Of a stretch of DNA of 64,000 nucleotides, positions 57,358 to 64,000 are shown piece after piece. This DNA is from a virus. Under the pieces are notes generated by a model, which made no database searches, was not told the DNA's origin, and saw only the letters and a list, made by a program, of their open reading frames with translations. A program made the position numbers and the translations under genes. The first letter of the stretch is position 1; each line of letters starts with the position of its first letter. The stretch lies in the IMG/VR virus record IMGVR_UViG_3300044961_000421, positions 1-64,000 of that record, one strand, 5' to 3'.

Positions 57358-57801
57358 CTATACAATAGTACCATTTAAGTGCATCATTTTATATCCAAAA
57401 TCTGCTTTATGTTTTCTATAATTAAAAAAACCAGAATCTTTGTTCCTATTTTGATAATTTTGATAAAAATGTATCATGATTTTTTCGAATTCTTCCTTTA
57501 AATAAACATCCAAAATATCAAAATCGGTTGATTGAAAATATTCTTTTCCTCGGGTACTAGTAAATATATCAAATATACAATATCCTTTTTTCCTTTTTGT
57601 TATTACAAACCATTCTGTGTTTTCATTTAAATTTTGCGAAACACTAAATTTTGTATACCAAACAATTGTATTTCTTAAAGATGGATTATGATAAATGGTT
57701 GAATTCGTATAAGAGAAAGAAATAGGTTTAATTATTTTGGCTGAATACCAAACAATTTCATCTGGAAAAGGATTTTTTTGTAACATTGTTTTATTTCTCA
57801 A
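57358..57801 (-). CDS. Hypothetical protein
   Basis: ORF track. Confidence 0.55.
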   Translation of the reverse strand: MRNKTMLQKNPFPDEIVWYSAKIIKPISFSYTNSTIYHNPSLRNTIVWYTKFSVSQNLNENTEWFVITKRKKGYCIFDIFTSTRGKEYFQSTDFDILDVYLKEEFEKIMIHFYQNYQNRNKDSGFFNYRKHKADFGYKMMHLNGTIV

Positions 57802-57812
57802 ATCTATTAAAT

Positions 57813-57889
57813 TGGTAGCCGTGGAGGGACTCGAACCCCCAACTTCTTCCTTGTAAGGGAAGCACTCTAACCAATTGAGTTACACGGCT
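57813..57889 (-). tRNA. tRNA-Val(TAC)
   Basis: CTTCC-CTTACAA-GGAAG; CCA; the 5' end overlaps the stop of the upstream ORF. Confidence 0.92.
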
Positions 57890-58299
57890 AAACGATATTC
57901 TTTTAGTTTATCATATAAATTCGATGTTTTTTCACCTTTATAAATTTCTTTTGGAAGAATTACTCCAACAACAGTCAAACAGTTATTTAAACTTGAGTAA
58001 TCTTCTCGAAAAAGGCATGTCGGATATTTTGTTTCCTTCAAGAAACAAAGCATATCATTTAATGCCGATTGATTTCCACCGTCAAGAATGATAATTGTTT
58101 TTCCATATTCTACCCAGGCTTTAAAAATTTCAATATCCTTCTTTTTCTTGAATTTTGACATTTCCGCCACCAAATGAACTGTCTGAAGGCCCTTTTGAAT
58201 TCCAGAAAGGTAAGAATTTACAAAAGCATAGAGCCTATATTCTTGTTCCGAATGATTGATTATCTTTTTCATTTTTTTCACATTATCGCTCATAATCAT
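57880..58299 (-). CDS. Peptidyl-tRNA hydrolase type 2 (Pth2)-like phage protein
   Basis: Y..VN.YLSGIQKGLQ..H, W....KTIIILDGG, F.E...LN..LT.VG; inside the tRNA cluster. Confidence 0.6.
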   Translation of the reverse strand: MIMSDNVKKMKKIINHSEQEYRLYAFVNSYLSGIQKGLQTVHLVAEMSKFKKKKDIEIFKAWVEYGKTIIILDGGNQSALNDMLCFLKETKYPTCLFREDYSSLNNCLTVVGVILPKEIYKGEKTSNLYDKLKEYRLAV

Positions 58300-58348
58300 C
58301 CTTTCATTTTAAATATAACACAGGGAAAACAAAAAATCAAACATTTTT

Positions 58349-58426
58349 TGGTAGCCCAGATGGGACTCGAACCCACACCGTACAGATTCTAAGTCTGCCG
58401 CAACCTGCCAATTGTGCTACTGGGCT
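58349..58426 (-). tRNA. tRNA-Leu(TAG), short variable arm
   Basis: GCAGA-CTTAGAA-TCTGT; CCA. Confidence 0.85.
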
Positions 58427-58437
58427 ATAAATATTTC

Positions 58438-58513
58438 TGGAACTCCTAGAAGGATTCGAACCCTCATCTATGCGTCCGTAGCGCATTGTCCTGTTCCATT
58501 GAACGATAGGAGT
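58438..58513 (-). tRNA. tRNA-Arg(ACG)
   Basis: ATGCG-CTACGGA-CGCAT; CCA. Confidence 0.9.
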
Positions 58514-58517
58514 AAAA

Positions 58518-58594
58518 TGGAGCACAAGGTGGGACTCGAACCCACTAAGAGTGATTTTGCAGATCACCACCTCGACCACTTCGGCATCAAGTGC
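58518..58594 (-). tRNA. tRNA-Cys(GCA)
   Basis: GTGAT-CTGCAAA-ATCAC; U73; two U-U mismatches in the acceptor stem. Confidence 0.8.
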
Positions 58595-58609
58595 TAAATT
58601 TTAAGGAAT

Positions 58610-58687
58610 TGGTAGCCCAGGTGGGACTCGAACCCACACAACATTGATTTTGAGTCAATCGCAACCTGCCAATTGTGCTACTGGGCT
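58610..58687 (-). tRNA. tRNA-Leu(CAA), short variable arm
   Basis: ATTGA-CTCAAAA-TCAAT; near-duplicate of Leu(TAG). Confidence 0.85.
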
Positions 58688-58875
58688 TCATGTTTCCTTT
58701 TCTTATTAATCATATTTTCACGGATTTTATCCGCAACACGTTCAATCTCAAAATTCATCCACATGTTGCGAAATAAAGGAATAGGTTTTTGTTTCGCTCT
58801 ACAAATAGCACATAACATTAAAACTTTCCTATTTTTACGGATCAATTTTCTATTTGAACGCATATTTACCTTTCT

Positions 58876-58950
58876 TGGTCTCCAAACCAGGATTCGAACC
58901 TGGACCACTTCGCCCCAAACGAAGTATGCTAACCATTACACCATTCAGAG
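58876..58950 (-). tRNA. tRNA-Pro(TGG)
   Basis: CTTCG-TTTGGGG-CGAAG; CCA. Confidence 0.9.
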
Positions 58951-58959
58951 AAAATATTT

Positions 58960-59034
58960 TGGCACCCCCATTCAGATTCGAACTGAAACCTCTGGTTTTG
59001 GAGACCAGAATTCTAACCATTAAACTATGGAGGC
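58960..59034 (-). tRNA. tRNA-Trp(CCA)
   Basis: CTGGT-CTCCAAA-ACCAG; CCA. Confidence 0.92.
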
Positions 59035-59062
59035 TATAATATTAAATCATTGTTTTTATATT

Positions 59063-59137
59063 TGGTAGGTCCCCCGGGATTCGAACCCGGATATCACGGC
59101 TTAAAAGGCCGGTATTCTACCATTGAATTAAGGACCC
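59063..59137 (-). tRNA. tRNA-Lys(TTT)
   Basis: CGGC-CTTTTAA-GCCG; CCA. Confidence 0.92.
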
Positions 59138-59149
59138 GCGAAAATACCT

Positions 59150-59316
59150 TTGGTTGGATTTTTCTCTGGTGCTTTAATAAGAATTCGCGTTATTCTTTCT
59201 GTTTTCTTAACCCCATCTCATATCCGTCACACATCTCTTTTGGATTATGGTACCAAAGAGAGCATAAACGAGAGGTACATGAGGAGAAACAGGTTGCCCA
59301 AAGGTTCCCCAACCAA
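59150..59316 (-). ncRNA. Rod-shaped ncRNA of about 170 nt within the tRNA operon (6S-like architecture)
   Basis: Nested pairings TTGGTTGG/CCAACCAA, CTTTGG/CCAGAG, CTGTTTCT/AGAAAACAG, CCTCAT/ATGGGG, CTCTTTGG/CCAAAAGAG. Confidence 0.5.
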
Positions 59317-59327
59317 TTTCAATAATT

Positions 59328-59414
59328 TGGTGGCCTGAGTGGGACTCGAACCCACACCCATTTGGTTTGGAACGGATTTTAAGTCCGTCGTGTCTGCCAT
59401 TCCACCACCAGGCC
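59328..59414 (-). tRNA. tRNA-Leu(TAA), long variable arm
   Basis: ACGGA-CTTAAAA-TCCGT; CCA. Confidence 0.92.
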
Positions 59415-59419
59415 GTAAC

Positions 59420-59494
59420 TGGAGCCGAGTCGCGGAATCGAACCGCGTTATCCGGTTTACAAGACCGACGCATCACCGACAATGCTTACCCGGC
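59420..59494 (-). tRNA. tRNA-Thr(TGT)
   Basis: TCGGT-CTTGTAA-ACCGG; CCA. Confidence 0.88.
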
Positions 59495-59501
59495 TAAAAT
59501 T

Positions 59502-59595
59502 TGGTAGTCCCACCTGGATTCGAACCAGGAACGCCCTCTAATCTGGAGGCTAGCCGGCTTATAAGACCGGTGTTTTACCATTAAACTATGGGACC
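59502..59595 (-). tRNA. tRNA-Ile(TAT) with a long variable arm
   Basis: CCGGT-CTTATAA-GCCGG followed by the V-arm CTAGCCTCCAGATTAGAGGGCGTT. Confidence 0.85.
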
Positions 59596-59605
59596 GAATT
59601 CTTTT

Positions 59606-59680
59606 TGGTGGACAGTAAGAGACTCGAACTCTTGACCTCTGCTTGCAAAACAGAAATTTTCCCAGTTAAACTAACTGCCC
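59606..59680 (-). tRNA. tRNA-Ala(TGC)
   Basis: TCTGT-TTTGCAA-GCAGA; G3-U70. Confidence 0.92.
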
Positions 59681-59689
59681 GAAAAATTT

Positions 59690-59765
59690 TGGTTGTCAAC
59701 AGAAGACTTGAACTTCTACCCTCCGTCTTATCAGGACGGTGCACCACCATTTGTGCTAGGTGACA
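59690..59765 (-). tRNA. tRNA-Ile(GAT)
   Basis: CCGTC-CTGATAA-GACGG; CCA. Confidence 0.88.
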
Positions 59766-59773
59766 AAATATTT

Positions 59774-59861
59774 TGGTGGTACATCAAAGAATCGAACTTT
59801 GCGGAGCCACAGGGGCTAAAAGGGTTACAGCCTTTTCCGTCTCCATAACGGTCTAATGTCC
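59774..59861 (-). tRNA. tRNA-Tyr(GTA)
   Basis: AAAGG-CTGTAAC-CCTTT; long V-arm; CCA. Confidence 0.9.
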
Positions 59862-59862
59862 C

Positions 59863-59940
59863 TTGGTAACCTAGGCGGGACTCGAACCCGCGATTTCCAG
59901 ATTGAAAGTCTGGTGGCTTAACCATCTTGCCCACTAGGTC
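59863..59940 (-). tRNA. tRNA-Glu(TTC)
   Basis: CCAGA-CTTTCAA-TCTGG; CCA. Confidence 0.92.
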
Positions 59941-59945
59941 ATAAT

Positions 59946-60020
59946 TGGCAGGGGCGGATGGAATCGAACCAACATCTCTTGGTTCAAAGCCAAGAATAAT
60001 AACCATTATACTACACCCCT
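59946..60020 (-). tRNA. tRNA-Gln(TTG)
   Basis: CTTGG-CTTTGAA-CCAAG; CCA. Confidence 0.9.
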
Positions 60021-60028
60021 AATTTTCT

Positions 60029-60103
60029 TGGCGGGGCATAGGGGAATCGAACCCCTATCGTATGGTAGACAGCCAAACATCTTAGCCGTTAGAAGAATGC
60101 CCC
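60029..60103 (-). tRNA. tRNA-Asp(GTC)
   Basis: TGG-CTGTCTA-CCA; G73, CCA. Confidence 0.88.
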
Positions 60104-60110
60104 TTTAATA

Positions 60111-60208
60111 ATCTCCCGGAGGCGACCATCAACCCTCCCCTTCACCAGTTTCTACGGATGGAACCCGTTCTGTCCTCAGTCACAGGCAACCGGCTTTTTC
60201 GTTGAGAT
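60111..60208 (-). ncRNA. GC-rich structured ncRNA of unknown class at the head of the tRNA operon
   Basis: ATCTC/GAGAT closing stem with internal hairpins ACGG-GTTCCAT-CCGT and GGAGG...CCTCC. Confidence 0.45.
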
Positions 60209-60247
60209 CAAATATTCTGTTTTCAAATATCTATCTGCTACTCTTTC

Positions 60248-60276
60248 AGTATCTCACATAATGAGATGAATGTCAA
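60248..60276 (-). promoter_or_regulatory. Sigma70-type promoter of the tRNA operon
   Basis: TTGACA-ttcatctcattatgtga-GATACT. Confidence 0.7.
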
Positions 60277-60326
60277 GAGAAGCAGGAAATTTTTTCTTCC
60301 GTTGGTTCAAATTTTTGAGAGGGGTT

Positions 60327-60956
60327 TTAAAATGACTTATTTTCTGTATTCGGTAGCCATAAGTCCCAATCGAAAGCTGGTCCAACATCAGTTTTATCTT
60401 TGCGATAGTTCTGGTGACTGGCGACACCTTTCCAACCCATGTATCGTATATCATATTGTAATCTATAATTTTTGTTTGGTTTAACATTTGGAATCCCAAA
60501 CCTATCACAAAGCATATCTACTAAGGGTCCTATCGCGGCTGCTTGTTCGTCTGTATAAGCAGCCCAATAATCAAAACCTCTATAATTGGCTTCTATTGCT
60601 TTCAAATTGTAAGGATTATTAAAATCTCTAGGCCAAGAATACAATTGTCCATTTTTCTTTTTTAATGGACCGAAATTTGCTATCTCAATTCCAATTGAAC
60701 GCTTGTCAATTGCTTGAGTACCTTTGGTACCTAAGTGAAACGCATAAAATTTTGGATCAAATACCTCATACACCGTTCCATCGGTATCAAGAATATATGC
60801 AGTTGCTATCCTAGAAGAAGTTACAGACCAAGAGGTAAAGGCGGATTTCGCAGATCCGCCGGCCGTGAAATGTAACACAATAAGGTCTTTTTTTGTTTCG
60901 GTAGAAACAAACTTACCTTCTCGGAGCCTCATTGTTTTGTCATCTATTTTTAGCAC
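60327..60956 (-). CDS. N-acetylmuramoyl-L-alanine amidase (Amidase_2)
   Basis: IVLHFTAG, AFHLG, SIGIEIAN, SH..YRKDKTD. Confidence 0.9.
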   Translation of the reverse strand: MLKIDDKTMRLREGKFVSTETKKDLIVLHFTAGGSAKSAFTSWSVTSSRIATAYILDTDGTVYEVFDPKFYAFHLGTKGTQAIDKRSIGIEIANFGPLKKKNGQLYSWPRDFNNPYNLKAIEANYRGFDYWAAYTDEQAAAIGPLVDMLCDRFGIPNVKPNKNYRLQYDIRYMGWKGVASHQNYRKDKTDVGPAFDWDLWLPNTENKSF

Positions 60957-60964
60957 ATTACTAT

Positions 60965-61705
60965 TTAGTTTCGAAAATATTTTAATTCGAGAGATCCATC
61001 ATAATTTTCGATAATAAATGAAAAATTTTCTATCCAATCACCACAATTTATATATTCTTTACTCATCTTTGGTGTATGTATGTGTCCACACAATACAATA
61101 TCACAATCTTTTGCGTTTTTATAATTTATCATCACATCCTCAAAATTTCGGATAAATGAAATCGCTTCCTTTGTCTTCTCTTTCGCAAATTTTGATAATG
61201 ACCAATATGGTAAATGAAATGTTGTCTGTATCCAGTGAATGAAGCGATTTATTTTAATGATCAAATCATAAAGAATGGAACCTATTTTTGCCAAAAATTT
61301 TAGGTGAGTTATTGTATAATCGAAAAGGTCTCCGTGAATAACGAGTAATTTTTTCCCATTGGCTAAGGTATGAATATATTCATTAGTAATTTCTATATTA
61401 AAAAGAGAAATAGGAAGTATTCGTCTTATTGCTTCATCATGATTACCAATTATATAAAATAATTTAGAATGTTTTGATAATTTGAGAAATTTTTGTATTA
61501 CATTATTTGAATGTTTATTCCAAACAACCTTTCTCTTCATTGCCCAAAAATCAAAAATATCTCCTACAAGAAAGATGTTTTCCGCTTCTATTGTCTTTAA
61601 GAATTTGTGAAAAAATTCTGGATTAGAATAGGCAGCACCTATATGTGTATCAGAAACAAAAATGGATTTACATTTGATTTTCATTGAAAAATATTTATCT
61701 ATCAA
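60965..61705 (-). CDS. LpxH-like (UDP-2,3-diacylglucosamine hydrolase family) metallophosphoesterase
   Basis: SDTHIG, LVGDIFD, GNHDE, IHGD.FD, YWSLS, CGHIH, NCGDWIE. Confidence 0.85.
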   Translation of the reverse strand: MIDKYFSMKIKCKSIFVSDTHIGAAYSNPEFFHKFLKTIEAENIFLVGDIFDFWAMKRKVVWNKHSNNVIQKFLKLSKHSKLFYIIGNHDEAIRRILPISLFNIEITNEYIHTLANGKKLLVIHGDLFDYTITHLKFLAKIGSILYDLIIKINRFIHWIQTTFHLPYWSLSKFAKEKTKEAISFIRNFEDVMINYKNAKDCDIVLCGHIHTPKMSKEYINCGDWIENFSFIIENYDGSLELKYFRN

Positions 61706-61902
61706 TTTATACTAGATATACGATTCTTTCTCGCTAGTTCTTCCAAATGTTTAACATAATTTATAATTTCATCAACAGCAATGTCTGCTGGTGGTGGTCC
61801 AGGAATATCACCAAAAACACCATTCCACAATATTCTTATTTGTTCTAGGAGAAATTTATTTTCGTCTCTATATTCGTTTAAGGTAAGTAAATCATTATTC
61901 AT
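61702..61902 (-). CDS. Hypothetical protein
   Basis: ORF track; coupled to its neighbours. Confidence 0.6.
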   Translation of the reverse strand: MNNDLLTLNEYRDENKFLLEQIRILWNGVFGDIPGPPPADIAVDEIINYVKHLEELARKNRISSIN

Positions 61903-61917
61903 ATTTCGTACAAATAA

Positions 61918-62364
61918 TCACCTTTCACATAAAACATATTTTATTTTACCATGTACCAATGTCGTAAGTATTTCATATTTCACGACATTGTAATCTAATT
62001 TACCCAAGCCCGCGCCCAACATAGGAACAGCCACAGAATTGATATCCGTATATTCATCTTCTATTTCTAGCATCCTTTTCAAGATATTACGGACATAAAA
62101 AATGGAAGAATTATCTTTCCAATGATATTTCGTTGTTGCTAGATAGATTTTTTTAGGATGTTGTTCATAAGAATCAATAACATAAACATTTCCGGGTTCG
62201 AGAATCTTTTTTTCACAAAGATCCCTATAAAAAATGAATGTCTTCGGAAACCTATTTTTGAATTGTTTTGCGAGTCCGGTTCCCATTACTCCAACACAAT
62301 TTACGGGATTAACGAAAGCATCACATCCGCTATCGAAAATAGAACAAACAAATGTATTGATCAT
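61918..62364 (-). CDS. Macrodomain ADP-ribose hydrolase (DarG/Poa1-like)
   Basis: VNPVNCVGVMG.GLA.QFK.RFP, TK.HWK, VPMLGAGLG.L. Confidence 0.9.
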   Translation of the reverse strand: MINTFVCSIFDSGCDAFVNPVNCVGVMGTGLAKQFKNRFPKTFIFYRDLCEKKILEPGNVYVIDSYEQHPKKIYLATTKYHWKDNSSIFYVRNILKRMLEIEDEYTDINSVAVPMLGAGLGKLDYNVVKYEILTTLVHGKIKYVLCER

Positions 62365-63722
62365 GATATGGTTACCTTTTCATATTCGGTGATATATTTG
62401 AAGATATTCTCAGAATATCCAGAAATTGTGTGCCAACCGTTTTTATAACCAATCCCATTTTTGTAAGAAGCAACATTTATAATGTAATTATATTTTCCTA
62501 ATTTCTTAGCATTTTCCGGTTTTTCTTCAAATCCACCACAATCTTGTTCGTCTGTAAATACGATTACACGATCATAATTTTCTTGTTCCATTTTACTAAT
62601 ATGGTCCAAGCAACGAACTAGATAAATTCCACCGTATCCGGCTTCATTTTTTGAAATAAAAGAATGAATCGAAAATCCTCTTAAATGGGATGGAACCAAT
62701 ATTGTTTTATTTCCTGTGATATACATAGTTGAATCGTGGCACAATTCACGAGCAATAATCATTACAGAGGCACCTGCGTCAATTCGTTTAACATTCGTTT
62801 TTTTCGAAATTTTATATTTCATCGAACCACTTACATCAAGTACAATAAGTGTTTTCCCATTCAATTTTTCCATCTGAGAAATGGACTTAAACATCGCTTT
62901 TTCTAGAGATCCTGAAAAACGTGCTGTATATTTTGATGCTGTGATAAAACGGTAAGGGAAAATTTTCTCAAATGAACCGTTTTCCAAACGTTCTTTGATT
63001 AAATTGTAATCTACACCAGAAAATTTCATATTTCTCAAATTACGCAAAGTTGCGAGCCCACCCAATTTACCTTCTCTCAAAAGTCGCTCAAATGTTTCCT
63101 TTTTATCTTTTCCGGAAGATAGATTTGATTCCCATGTATCGGCTACTTCTAACTTTTTATTAGCGATTTTCTTAAAAAGATCCGCCTTCTTTTCATCTGA
63201 AGGTTTCGCATGACTGAGAAACAAAGCATCACGCAATTTAATAGGATTTTTTTTTCCTTGATACTTTGCGAAAGAATATTCGTTGAATTTATTAAACGCA
63301 TCCGAAAACGCCTTTTGTACGGAATGCGGAAGCATTTTCTTCCCATCTTTCCAATAAAGAGAAATAAATTCTCCAAATTCATCAGGACGTTGGATGATGT
63401 GGGCTAGTGTTTTGCGAATTAATTTGGAAGGTATCGGTTTTTTCTTACACAATTCTTTAATCATAAAGAGTGGAGTGTGACGAATATACATTTCATCACG
63501 GGCTTGAATAGCAATTTCTGCTACTTCTTCAGCATCCATCTTTTTGATTAAATTGGCCATAATAATTGAAGATTCAATTCCATTTTCATAGAATGTATCT
63601 TCAAAAAGTAAATTACAAAGAACAAGTCTCTTTAATTGTTCTTTGTTTGTTGGAGGGGTGGTCGCAATAGCGCCTTCATGTGTATATACATTACTCTTTT
63701 CTTCTAAAGACATCCGCATCAC
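62361..63722 (-). CDS. rsr: Ro60/Rsr TROVE-domain RNA-binding protein with vWA domain
   Basis: THEGA, LFEDTFYE.G, IQRPDE, FNEY.FAKY, TWES.LS, LRNLRNM, DVSGSM, FTDEQD. Confidence 0.93.
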   Translation of the reverse strand: MMRMSLEEKSNVYTHEGAIATTPPTNKEQLKRLVLCNLLFEDTFYENGIESSIIMANLIKKMDAEEVAEIAIQARDEMYIRHTPLFMIKELCKKKPIPSKLIRKTLAHIIQRPDEFGEFISLYWKDGKKMLPHSVQKAFSDAFNKFNEYSFAKYQGKKNPIKLRDALFLSHAKPSDEKKADLFKKIANKKLEVADTWESNLSSGKDKKETFERLLREGKLGGLATLRNLRNMKFSGVDYNLIKERLENGSFEKIFPYRFITASKYTARFSGSLEKAMFKSISQMEKLNGKTLIVLDVSGSMKYKISKKTNVKRIDAGASVMIIARELCHDSTMYITGNKTILVPSHLRGFSIHSFISKNEAGYGGIYLVRCLDHISKMEQENYDRVIVFTDEQDCGGFEEKPENAKKLGKYNYIINVASYKNGIGYKNGWHTISGYSENIFKYITEYEKVTIS

Positions 63723-63745
63723 CTAGCGCTATATAAGCTATAAAT

Positions 63746-63794
63746 TTGTTGGTAATTAAAAACGGTGTTGAAGTAACCGTCTTACGCAACACAA
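63746..63794 (-). ncRNA. Mini Y-RNA-like hairpin A upstream of Ro60
   Basis: TGTGTTG-CGT-AAGACGGT-TACTTCAAC-ACCGTTTT-TAATTACCAACAA; shares motifs with copy B. Confidence 0.55.
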
Positions 63795-63830
63795 TAATAC
63801 AAAAAAATAATAATTGAATTTTATTATTAA

Positions 63831-63900
63831 TATTAATGGTAACATTCATGCCGGGAAAGTGTTTTCATATGAAGTATCCGACATTTTCAACACATTAATA
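63831..63900 (-). ncRNA. Mini Y-RNA-like hairpin B upstream of Ro60
   Basis: TATTAATG-TGTTG-AAA-ATGTCGG-ATACTTCA...CCGGCAT-GAATGTTAC-CATTAATA. Confidence 0.55.
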
Positions 63901-63901
63901 A

Positions 63902-63974
63902 TGGTTGCGGTGGTCAGAGTTGAACTGACGGGGATTGGTTTATGAGACCAACTTGAATACCGATTCTCACCGCT
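63902..63974 (-). tRNA. tRNA-Met(CAT), initiator-like
   Basis: TTGGT-CTCATAA-ACCAA; A1:A72 mismatch; short D arm; CCA. Confidence 0.8.
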
Positions 63975-64000
63975 TTAATCTTAGAGAAAATGTTCTGAAT

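Noticed and set aside
58174-60006. Short ORFs overlapping the tRNA cluster
   Set aside because: Translations of tRNA sequence; the basic ORF ending at 58678 may be real from its internal ATG but has no supporting motif.
1-64000. Stop-codon reassignment
   Set aside because: Core genes are full length in code 11 and end in TAA, TAG or TGA, and there is no suppressor tRNA.

Overview
A 64-kb segment of a large, AT-rich T4-like (Tevenvirinae/cyanomyovirus-type core) myovirus genome, transcribed mostly on the minus strand. It contains: (1) 1-3.9 kb, an array of small early-gene cassettes, each with its own sigma70-type promoter positioned for leaderless translation, plus a duplicated structured non-coding element and iteron-like repeats that may be origins; (2) 3.9-12.3 kb, baseplate and head-completion genes; (3) the T4 replication and nucleotide core (gp32, gp59, gp33, RNase H, gp61, gp41, UvsX, gp43, NrdJ, ThyX, dUTPase, PhoH, GuaB/GuaC family); (4) an unusually complete translation-rescue and RNA-maintenance set: a two-piece (permuted) tmRNA, 20 tRNAs (including a long-arm Ile-UAU and two short-arm Leu), a CCA-adding enzyme, a Pth2-like protein, Ro60/TROVE with two upstream mini Y-RNA-like hairpins, a frameshifted Rnl1 and a decayed Pnk; (5) anti-defence candidates (an Acb1-type domain inside an apparent capsid polyprotein, Tad2/DUF2829, a DarG-like macrodomain). 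A PEP-CTERM gene and other host-like proteins point tentatively to an Acidobacteria-like host. All family assignments are from motif recognition by eye; no searches were run.
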